A stretch of 64,000 bases of DNA from Trichosphaerium sp. ATCC 40318. Its lineage: Eukaryota; Protista; Tubulinea. Under the pieces are notes generated by a model. That model saw nothing but the letters and a program-made list of their open reading frames with translations, ran no database searches and was not told the DNA's origin. Positions 24,109 through 35,400 of this stretch are shown here, piece by piece. The stretch spans positions 496,001 to 560,000 of the forward strand of contig JALMLS010000577.1 of the NCBI GenBank assembly GCA_038496445.1. The letters run 5' to 3'. The stretch's first letter is position 1, and every line of letters starts with the position of its first letter. The position numbers were made by a program, and so were the translations under genes.

Positions 24109-26537
24109 ATGAGCCCAGGCGATGTAGGTTATGGAGTATACTTGGTCATTGGGTTGTACTTAGCTTTTTTAATTACTCTTGGCATCGCTGGAAGGTTTAA
24201 ACGCGCATCAACCTCTTTAGGCACGTGATACCACTTAAAAAAAAGACTAAAGGTATTGTAGATGACCATTACCTTGCCTCGCGCACCTTAGGTCACATAT
24301 CATTAACGTTTACGCTATTTGCGTCTTCCATGTCAGGATATATCTTCGTTGGTATCCTTGTAGCATATAAACTGTAAATTAAGCTCTGTAGGAATACCAG
24401 GCGACGTATACAGAGAAGGTACCTTTAGTGTATTGGTTTAATCAAACGAACTGTTCATTGACGTTTTAAGGGTTTATTGCCTTTGCATGGTTGTTGTACA
24501 TTCCTTTGGTACTATTCAGTTATAGTTTATGGGCTCCTCAATTACATCGAAGATCCAGAGACAGAAAGTAATGTCACGTGATTTTTTTATTCAAGATTTG
24601 TAATTTCTTGGTTTTTTATTAGGTACATAACACCAGCTGATTACGTAAAAGATATGTGCGTTAACACTCTGTGTTGAAATATCCGTTGTCATTGACATGT
24701 AGATATAAGTCCAAACCACTTGTTGTTATTGCAAGTTTGACATTTGTTGTGTTTTCTTTTTTACAAGTTGTTGGTCAGATCCGATCTATAGGACAGTTTG
24801 CAGAGGTTAGTACATGTAAAAGGATTCATTATTACGTTGTCATTCAATATAGGGTATGCTTGGTATTCCTGCAATTTATGGAGGTGCAGTTAATTCTTTT
24901 TCTGATCATCGCTGTATTAACTTTACTGTTCAGCAAGTTTCTTATGTGTTGTCATTCTCATATACGAGTTATTGGGTGGTATGAGAGGCATTGCTTGGAC
25001 TGACACATTGCAGGTTTTCGTGGTTTGTTATGCTGAAGTTGTTGTTAAGCGGTTTTTTTATCTAGGGTGGAGTGTTGCTACTAACATGTGTTTTTTTGCT
25101 TGTCACAATTGGCACTAAATTGGGAGGTTTGAAAGAAGCTACCGAGTATTTACAAATAAACAATAGCAAGTTAACAGAGGTACCATCAACTGAGACAAAG
25201 CGTAAGCTTGTTATCAATTTAATGATACTGATGACACAAAGTATCATGGTTCACTTTTCTACTACTTGGACTGTCTACAGGTGTAACTCTGATTTAAAAA
25301 CAGTTTGTAACTCATGTACAGGTTTCAACCCAGTTCGGGTACAACGTGTGTTTGCAGCAAAGAAGGAGTCTACTCTTCAACTGGCATTTTACTTGTTTCC
25401 GTTGTACGTACAAAATATGCATTATCTTGTAGAACTTCTTGCTGATTAAAATAACAGTGTATGTTTATTAAACATGCTCTCATTCTTTTTAATGGGTGTT
25501 GTTGGAGCGCGTCTATATCCAAATGTACCATATGATGACGCTGATCAAATCTTTGGGCTTGTTGTGCGCGAACTTCTGGATTTTGGAGGAGTCTACTGGT
25601 TTTCTGCATTTCTTGTAACAGGTCTATTTGCTGCTGTAATGTCAACTTTAGATTCACATCTCATGGCAATGAGCTCGATGTTTACCATAGATGTCATCAG
25701 GGTATGCCAGATTGTTACCACGTTCCACAACACTAACATCTTATTTCTTGGTTTTTTTTTTCTGAGTTTTATAACATTTTAACTTGTTCCAAAAGGACAT
25801 GTGCTTTCCTTCTATGACACAAAAATGGTTAATTATTGTTGGGAAAGGATGTAGCATAATTTCTTTGGGTATTGGATTGATTGTCTCAATTCTTTTGAAG
25901 CTGAATTTAAATGGACTTTTTGTTTTACAGAATGGTATCGTATCACAAATATATCCAATAATGATAGTCCCTCTTGTTCTTCCTGGTACAAGTAGGTACC
26001 CCTAATAACTTACATATAACTAAATAGTGTAGTAATGAATCCTATGATATGCTTTTCTGCTATACTGACAGGTCACGTGATAAACATTGGCCTAAGTTTT
26101 TCTCCCTTCGCGAATCCTTTAGGAATAAAATCTGGATCGGTGGCATTCTTTGTAAACATAACCACACTTGTACTTGGTCACTTGATACAATACGCTATTC
26201 TCAAGAACAAGAGGAAGTACGCTATTATTACAGCGCAAAAGATGTTTACTGACATACAAGTAGTGCGCCATCTTCAACTGTTGAAATACAAACAGAAAGT
26301 TCACTTTTAAAGAATAATGAAAAGATATCACATAGCTGGAAAGGCTTACCACCACGGTGGCTATGGATAGTTTTAGCGTTATGTTATATTTTAAGTATAC
26401 CTTGGTGGTACACAAGTGGTACCAGACAAGTTACTGTACTTGGATTTCCTCAATGGGCGTTTTTTAATGTTGTACATGTATGTTTATTCACTTCAATAGC
26501 TATTGTTGTCGTGGCTCACTGGAAAACAAGGCAATAA
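24109..26537 (+). CDS. Sodium:solute symporter (SSS/SLC5 family), multi-exon
   Basis: Motifs DDHYLASRTLG, FASSMSGYIFVG, YITPADY, GGMRGIAWTD, VQRVFAAK and GLFAAVMSTLDS; many TM segments. Confidence 0.9.
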
Positions 26538-27140
26538 AGAAAGTGGGGTTTTTTTCCTTATGACAAACTTACCCTTTTTCTCCCATTTCATTATAGTATC
26601 TAACTGCTTAGTAAACGCTTCAGCGTATCGCTAACATTCCTACCAAAAAAATGAAATTAGTAAAGTCACAAAGAAAATGTCCCTGTTTTAAATGAGTCGA
26701 CATAGTCTTTGTGAGTTTACTAATTTCACTTGGATTAACATATGTGATAGAGAGCACATGAAGCATGCAGTAAATCGTTAATCCTAAACAACCACAATTG
26801 AATACGTGCGTAGCGTTAGTTTTTTTTGTTTTTGCTGTTAATTCTCCTAACATTGTCGTATTAGTACTATCATTTGGTAATAACGTGTCCTCAGCGGTTT
26901 TTAAACAACATTTTTAATAGTATTGTGTAAACTTTAAGGTACGCCAAAAGCGAACATAAACAGCGCTGATGGGCGATTTTAACACGCTACCACCTATGTT
27001 TATTTTTAGCCACAGCGCAATAAATAATAGTAGATGGCAAAATTTTTGTTCTGTAAACCTTTTCAAATGTGCTTGAACCTACAAATACTTGTAATACTAC
27101 TCATATTCTTACTTTTTTCAGTTTTTTCGTTAGCAATAAG

Positions 27141-28118
27141 ATGTCTTCTGCCTTGACTTTACTTGATCTCCCACGTGAAATTCAACAATATATCTGTACA
27201 TTCAACTTAGAAGCATTCACAAAATTCCATACATTATCAAAGAAAGCAGCAATCAACACACATTTTGATAAATCATTACAGCGCAAAGGAAAATGGATCA
27301 AATGGTATAAAAGCGGAAGAGTGATGGCTCATGAGTACGCTAAAAATGGACAATGCAACGGATGGTATGAGAATGGACAACTTTGGTTTCAATACACAGC
27401 AGTTGATGGCGAAAAAAGTGGCACAGCCAAAATATGGTATGAAAACGGACAACTTAAGGAACAATCTGTATGGGTTGATGGTAAAGAAAATGGAGAAGCC
27501 AAAGAGTGGTATGAAAATGGACAACTTAAGATACAAACCATGTGGATAGCTGGGAAACAAAGCGGACTACACCAAAGGTGGTATGAAAATGGACAAATTA
27601 AGCTGCAAGCCATAGTCATTGATGGTAAAAAAAATGGTGAAACCAAAAATTGGTATGAAAATGGACAGCTCAAAGCACAGAGCATGTTTGTTGATGATAA
27701 GGAACATGGTGAGTACAAAGCATGGCATAAAGATGGTAGACTCTTCATACAAAGCATGTGGATAGATGGCGAAAAAAATGGCACAACCAAAGTATGGTAT
27801 GAAAACGGACAACTTCAGGAACAATCTGTATGGCTTGATGGTAAACAAAGTGGTGAAATGAAACAGTGGACTAAGGATGGTAGGCTAGTAGAAAACCAAG
27901 GAAACAAAATCAACGCATGGCTTAGTAGAAGAAAAAAGAAGCAAAACCACTTTGGTGGTACTACCAGAAACAACAAAAGAAGCAGCTTAATGATACGTTC
28001 ATTAAGCACCCTGTTGTTCCCTTTTCACATGTTACGTATCACAGTATATGCTTGGTTTAGATACTTTACAACCACATGTTACTCAACAATATCATACTAT
28101 TGGTCAACCAAAAAATGA
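27141..28118 (+). CDS. F-box-like + MORN-variant repeat protein, paralogue with 7 full repeats
   Basis: N- and C-terminal regions are near-identical to 1879-3504. ATG at 27141 gives 325 aa, exactly 9x24 aa shorter. Confidence 0.85.
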   Translation: MSSALTLLDLPREIQQYICTFNLEAFTKFHTLSKKAAINTHFDKSLQRKGKWIKWYKSGRVMAHEYAKNGQCNGWYENGQLWFQYTAVDGEKSGTAKIWYENGQLKEQSVWVDGKENGEAKEWYENGQLKIQTMWIAGKQSGLHQRWYENGQIKLQAIVIDGKKNGETKNWYENGQLKAQSMFVDDKEHGEYKAWHKDGRLFIQSMWIDGEKNGTTKVWYENGQLQEQSVWLDGKQSGEMKQWTKDGRLVENQGNKINAWLSRRKKKQNHFGGTTRNNKRSSLMIRSLSTLLFPFHMLRITVYAWFRYFTTTCYSTISYYWSTKK

Positions 28119-28732
28119 CAATCGTTTACCACAAGTGATATGCACCATTCTAGTTTAGTAAAAAACAAATAAATTAAAGAGTTACCCTTGAAAGAAAGTG
28201 TTTGTACAAATATATATGTCTTAGTGTCAATGTTTGTTCACGGTTTGTACTGCCACACTGTGTTTGTCGATGGTAATACTACAATAAACGTTACATCAAC
28301 CCCCACTGATCCACCAACTAGCCTTGTTGTCATTTCCTTATTCACCATTAACATCTCCTCTAATGAAGTATGTCCACACCCTCGTTTTCTTGTCCTTCGA
28401 TATCGGTCGTTTTTGTTGACACCTATAATGGTTAGACATGTTATGCCAATGATAGTACTCGATTGTACCTAGAATATCATCATCAAGCATCACCCTACCC
28501 TAGCTCACATTTTTCTGCTCAAGTGCATAAATATCACAATTATAGCGACAGCTTAGCAAAATAACTATTACAGATTCACTAACCAAGGCCTTGCTTTGCC
28601 AAGTATTCTAACTACCAAAGCATTTCCTAACTTAATTGTCATAGCAATTAGGTTTGTAGAACAATTAAACTGCCAGATGGATTGGTAGAAGCTAATTTTA
28701 TTGAAGCTAGTTAATAAGTATTGTATCATTTA

Positions 28733-29199
28733 AGCGTTGAGTTGTACTATCAGAATAGCAATATTCTTGTTGTAGTATTCTTGTTGTTGAAGCATTTCTC
28801 CTTTACATCTTTACGAGCTTTGAATGTTTCTTCATTTGACTTGATAGCGGTGATTATTTTCTTGGTTGATATTGCCTTGAGAAATCCAATAATGGCTTTT
28901 ATGTTGTTGCCTAAAAGATAGAGTTATTTTTGGCATGTGTTGAAGACAAGGATATGTTGTGTTTAATTTCATACTTTCTTGATCACTGTAAAGGCTTCTT
29001 TGAACTTGGATTTGGGATCTTGCTCTTCGTTCATTAATTTCTCAGCAGCTCCTCCAGCAATCTCATCAGGAAGACCCAGCATTTTAAACCTAAGAAAAGA
29101 CAAGTCGGCAATGAAACTAAACCAAGAGACAGTGCACTTACGGATAGTAGCAACACCAAACTTGATCACTGCTTTTTGACAATCCGATGATCCATTAGG
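28733..29199 (-). pseudogene. Truncated, internally deleted inverted copy of the 13197-14060 gene
   Basis: Keeps NGSSDCQKAVIKFGVATI...FTVIKK and both intron positions. Has an in-frame TAA after GCA ACA ACA, and lacks the 5' end and the hydrophobic segment. Confidence 0.85.
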
Positions 29200-29458
29200 A
29201 TAAATAGTTTTATTTTCTTTCCGAACACAACTCAAAGACAAAAACTATCACTGTCACTTGTTTATCAAAAGGATAAGAAGAAACAGTCTAAAATATGACT
29301 TTATCAACGAAATTATCACGTTATCTAACAACCGTACTTTAGCTTTCATGGAATGACAACTTAAAAATAGGAAGTTTATTTTCTGGTACTATTAATTGAA
29401 AAGCTGTAGTGTGCCACAATCAATATAACTCATCGCGTGTACATCAGAAACTAACCTA

Positions 29459-32400
29459 TCAAATCCATTTTGATATGAGTATGGATAAAACTGTAGAACA
29501 ATTAGAATAATCTTCAAACTCAAAATTGAAACGTACACAAGCCATTCAGGATATGTGCTGTCAGACTGCCTAGGCGTGATGTACCACTTGGGGCTGTTGG
29601 TTGTATACTAGTAGGAGCTATAGTTGGTGTAATCGTTGTAGGTCGTTGAGGAGCTTCTGGAGCTCCAGGAGCTTCCTCAGTTGGCGTTTCAGGATGCAAA
29701 AACCGAAAAGCTCTTCCAGGGTACGGTGCTCGGAATGAGTCTATACATCCGGTACTTATGTTCAATGGAGGAATACAACGGCCAACTACATACACTGTTC
29801 TACCATCTGATCCTCCAAACGCTAGGTTTGTTGGTCTTTCCATTGTCCAAGTGAAATATTCTGAATTCTGTCTCCGTTTGGATTTAACTTAACAACTACA
29901 CCTCTAACAAGTATGTATCAGTAAAGTAGTAAAAGGTGATGCAATACATACTCGCTTGGTCTGGTAATATATAGATTACCCATAACATCAGTTCTCATGC
30001 CATCAATGCCAAAACGAAGATCAGTGAAAGTATGAAAAGTTCTCAAATTTGACAACTCTCCATCAGACGCAAGATCATAGGCTAAGATACGGCTTGAGTT
30101 AAAATCTCTTCGAATACCTCCTATTGCGCTGACATAGAGAACACTTTCAGTAGGATCAACTTCAATACCTGACCTCAATAAGTGAAGGGGTTGACAAAAC
30201 AAGTTACCATTTGTTCGCTCCAGTGTGGTTATGAGATCTGCTACCCCATTACGGCATCTCCATACCTGACCTATACCAGATGATGGCATCATACCACTCA
30301 TAAAAATTACACCATTATCCATAAGAGCTAGGTCATTTGGGGTGCCACGTGGTGGCAAGAACCTTGGGTCCGAACACAGAACAACATATGTTCTATTCCG
30401 GTACACTTTTAAAAGTCGACTTAATCCATTATCAGCTACGTATAGTATCCCTTGACGATCGATACGAATACCATTGAAACTTGCTAAAACAAATTAAAAC
30501 GTACAAACCAACTAGCACTAGCAAGATAACTTAACGTACAGTTCGCAATCTTAAAATAAGGTTCTGAAGTACCGTTTGGGTAAACAATACCAATAGTGTT
30601 CTTGTTATTTGTACCAACATCAGGATCATAGTGAACAGCGTAAAAGTTACCGTCGGCATCAAAACAAGCGCCTAAAAAGGTTTTATTAGTAAGTAATTCT
30701 GTTATGCTGCAGAATAAAGTCAAAGCGTATTTATTTAGATTTACAGGAGTTACAAAAGGTACATATATATTTTATTTATTGTGGGATGCGTTTCTCTGAA
30801 ATACTATTTGTTGAATAGTATTTACATGAAACACGTTCATAACATTCCTCCCTGTTTAGCTTGAAGCTAATCCAACGCACAGAAATAATCGTCATCGTAT
30901 GGTGTAACATCTTCTTCATCAGAGGACTCGATTAATTCATACTTAGGAGAGAGCTGTTCAGTTTCATACGCCTTTGCAAAATCGACGCTGATGGTCCCAT
31001 CATCGTGTTCCATCTCCAATGGTTCTGGGAGCGCTGGATTCTCGTTTTCTGGTTCTTTAGGTTCATCAGGTTCGTCGTAGCAAGACATGGTAAGGCAAGG
31101 TACTTGAGACACCTTATCATTGTTGATAGATGTGTCCAATAGGCGACCATCTTCATCAAACTGGTAATGAGAGTGGTCCGGGTACGTTTGATCCACTTGT
31201 ATTTCATCATCACCATAATATACAGTCAGGGGGTCTGCTAGCTGTTCACTGACGTCCATTGGGTCATTTTGGAGCTGATCTGGTTGGTTTTGAGGTAGTT
31301 GTTCCCTCATTCTACTTATCAGGTACTGGCGGCGTAGAAGGCTAGTTTGACGGGATTGTAGGGACTGTACTATCTCCAATAGACGTGGTGCTGTCGAAAT
31401 GAAAGCTGAAATCGCTTCTGCTTCTCTACGGCCCAATTCGAGGTCTTGAATCATATTCTGGAGGACTTCGTGTAGACGGGTTGTAGTTGCGTGCGTAAGA
31501 TGACCAGGTGTGTGATCTTCCGGAATGATTTCATGGCTTTTTGTTCCTGCCAGTTTATTGGTGATTCCTTCAATCTCTACTTGATGCATTCGTTCCATGT
31601 TTATAAGTGGTATAAGCAAGTTTAATGAACCTTAACATGGTGATCACATCATTAAGGCCCTATATCTTGCGGCCCTTGCGGCCCAAGTGAATTTGCGGCT
31701 TTTGCGGCCCACGTGCACAAAAACTCTGTAAATTAATTTTAATTTTGTGGATTAAATAAATAGACTTCTTTTCCTTTTTTCTTGTTTGAGTATCTATACT
31801 AAAAGAGTGTATCCTTTTTGGATACGTTGTTTGTTAGGATATTTCTCTATCCTATTTAGTGGATAGACTCTTCCGAATCTTTATTGAGTCGGAGGATGCC
31901 GTCATCCAGCGTTTCACGATTGTCATTAGTGCTTGTTTGTTTGCGGCTGTATTTATTTCCTTATTTAGACGCGTTCGTTGATTCGTGTTAGCAACGTAAC
32001 CATCAATTATCGTTTTTAATGCAGTACGGAATTTGGTTGCGTCATTGCTGTATGTTGAAATCATCTTTAAGTGAATGTCTTTTAGCTGTAGTAAAAAGAC
32101 ATCTTGCACTTTCGCTTCTCCAGCTGTTCGTGGTGATCTTCGTATTCTTTTTGGAGGTGTAGGTGGTTGTTCTGGATAGAATGCGTCTTCAATGTTTTCA
32201 TCAGTCAATTCTATTGTCCCTTGTGGTTTCTGTTTCTTCTTTTGTTTAGTTTCATCTGATGGTTTGACTGAAATGATTGGTGCTTTATTTAATTTAAATT
32301 GTCTCCAGTCTGTGTCATCATTTCCGTCATCGTCGTCTTCCTCTCTGCTGGTATCTTCTGAGCCGGTAACACTTGATTCTTCATCTTTTGAGTCATTGTT

Positions 32401-35400
32401 GCTTTCGTCTGTGTTTGATTCTGTGTCACTACTTGGCGGTTCTATCTGTGCGTCATGTGCTTCATCATGATCCGCTGGTGGATCAATTTGTTGTTCTGGT
32501 GCATCATTGATTTGGGTTTCGTTGTTATTGTCGTGGTCTTCCTCCTCTATTTCCTCATCTGAATCCGAGTCATCATTCGATGTAGCTTTTCTTAATACCA
32601 TTTCTTTAGGCTTTACTTTTGTGGTCGTTGGAGGGTAGCGTGAGCTTTGTGGTAGTGGATCTCTGTCATTATACTTTTTAAGGAATTTGATGCTTACTAC
32701 ATTATGCATTCTCGTATTGCTTTTGAAGTTAAGCATGTATGCATTATCATTCACCTTCTTGACTATTACGTATGGACCTCTCCATCTGTGTTGTAATTTC
32801 TTTGTCAATCCTGGTGTCGGTGTGTATTGCCACATTAAAACCTTGTCTCCCACTCTAAAGATAGTACTTGAGGTGCGTGAATTTCGGTACGCTTGTGCTT
32901 TGGTTGCTGCATCTAACATACGGTTTCGTGCTATCTTATGCGCTTTGTGGAGGGCTTCCATCATACGTGATTTGTACAATGTTACTGAGGTGGGTGTTTC
33001 AGGAATAACTTGTAAATCAATTGGTCTACGTGGATGTCGACCAAACATTAAAAAGAATGGTGTTTCACCAGTTGCAACATGGTGGGTGGTTCGGTATGCT
33101 TGTAAACATTGTGGAAGGTATTCATCCCAGTCAGTCTGAAACTCTTGATCACAGAATATACCCAGCATTTCAGCTAGAGTATGGTTAAAACGTTCAACTT
33201 GACCATCAGTCTGAGGATGATATGAACTGGTTGATAATTTGCGAATTTTAAACAATTGGAGTAGGTCTTTCATGAGTGAGCTCATGAATTGTGACCCTCT
33301 ATCAGTTAATAGTTGTTCCGGATAACCAAAACGCGCAATGACTCTGTCGAACAATAGTTTTGCAATTACCTCAGTGGTTGGGTTGCGAATAGCAAATGCT
33401 TCAACCCATTTTGTGAAATAATCACAAAATACCACAATATTTGTATTTCCAAGGCGTGTACGCTTCAAAGGTCCAACAATGTCAATTGCCATGCGTTGCC
33501 ATGGAAAACTGGCAACCATTGGCATCAACTTGCCAGGTTGTTTGCCCCGACGGATCTTTTTGGTTTGACATAACTTGCAACTATCGATGTAGTCTTTAAC
33601 TTGTCTGTAATACCCTGGCCAGTAGTATTTACTACGAATTGAGTTGAAGGTTTTGTAAAAACCTAAGTGACCATTTTCGTCATGGTGGCTTTTGAGTACT
33701 TCAATTATAAGTGTTTGAGGTACAACCACCTGGGAGACTGATTGCTTAACTTTTGGTACTGAGGGTAACCAGATGTGATTCAATATGCCCTCGTCATTTA
33801 TCCACATAAACCTGGCCAGTGCAACCACGTTTCGTGCAGCTGTTTGGTCAAGTGGCAGGTGTTTAGTGCGTATGTAATTTATTATATTTCTGCAAAATTC
33901 ATCATGATTTTGACACACTCGTAGGCGTTCAGTACTGAATCCACTGAAGGGTTTGATCGACACTCCTTTTGTAAAAGGTGGTCTTGATAGAGCGTCTGCA
34001 TTGCCATGTAGTCTACCAGCCCGTTGTTCAATTGTGAATGTGTATTCTTGCAAAGCGAAGACCCATCGTGCAAACTTTTGACGGACGTGTTTGGTTGTCA
34101 ATAACCATTTCAACGATTCATGGTCGGTAACAAAAATAACTTCATTACTTGCAATGTATGGACGGTAGCGTTCTGCAGCCATGATTACTGCCAGACATTC
34201 TTTGGCTGTGGTGGAGTAGTTGCGTTGTGCTGTATTCAAACTTTTGCTGAAATATGAGATGACTGTTTCTTTTCCGTGAATCTTCTGTGCAAGTACTGCT
34301 CCCACTCCAACGTTTGATGCATCTGTATATAATATGAAGGGCTCATTAAAATTGGGATATCCAAGAATTGGTGTATTTGTAAGAGCCTGTTTTATTTGAG
34401 AGACACTTTTATCATGTTTTGCAGTCCAGTTAAATGGCACATCGTTTTTAAGTAGTTCATATAATTCATGAACCATTTCAGTGTATGCCGGGATGAACGA
34501 TCGGTAATAGTTCACTATCCCTAGGAATGATCGTAGATCTTTGACATTTGTAGGTTTTGTCATGTCGATTATTGCTGCAATTTTGTTCTTATCTGGTTTT
34601 ACTCCATTCCGCGTGACCACATGTCCTAGGTATTTGACCTCTGGAACACAGAAACTGCACTTTTTAGCATTTAGCGAGTGGCTGTACTTGTCAAATCGTT
34701 TGAATATTAACGCTAAAGCTAGTAGATGTTGTTCAAAGGTCTTTGTAAAGATAATAATATCATCAATGTAGACCAATGCATACTTCCATGTTAAACCATT
34801 CAATAGGACCTCCATGTATCTTTGAAAGGTTGCTGGAGCGTTGACAAGTCCAAATGGCATTCTATTAAACTCAAACAGTCCAAATTTTGTGGTAAAGGCT
34901 GTTTTCTGTTTGTCTTGTTCAGCAACCTCAATGTGCCAGTAACCGCTTGGTTGGTCCAATGTTGTAAAGTAGATAGCTCCTGCTACAGAATCTAAGGCTT
35001 CCTCCACTCGTGGGATAGGGTATGAGTCCTTTTTGGTGACTCCATTGAGTTTTCTATAATCAACACAGAATCGTAAGGTGCCATCACTTTTTGGTGCAAT
35101 AACCACTGGGAATGACCACGGTGAGTTGCTTTCTCTGATTATACCATCTTCCAACATTGTGTTGATTCGTTTCCACAGATAATCTGCTTCTGATGGTGAC
35201 ACGCGGTATGGTTGGCTTTTGATAGGTCTGGCACTGCCAGTTTCAATGTTATGAGCAGGCATTTTGGATTTGGGGGGACGCTTCGTGTTCTTGATGAATA
35301 AATGTTTGTACTTTGCCAGAAATGATGTTAAAAGTAGTTTTTGCTCATCATTAAGACTACTGTTTGATAAATCAAACATATCTTGGATGGTTGCCATATC

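Noticed and set aside
30867-31619. ORF3 as a retroviral envelope protein
   Set aside because: No signal peptide, TM helix or fusion-protein features; strongly acidic.
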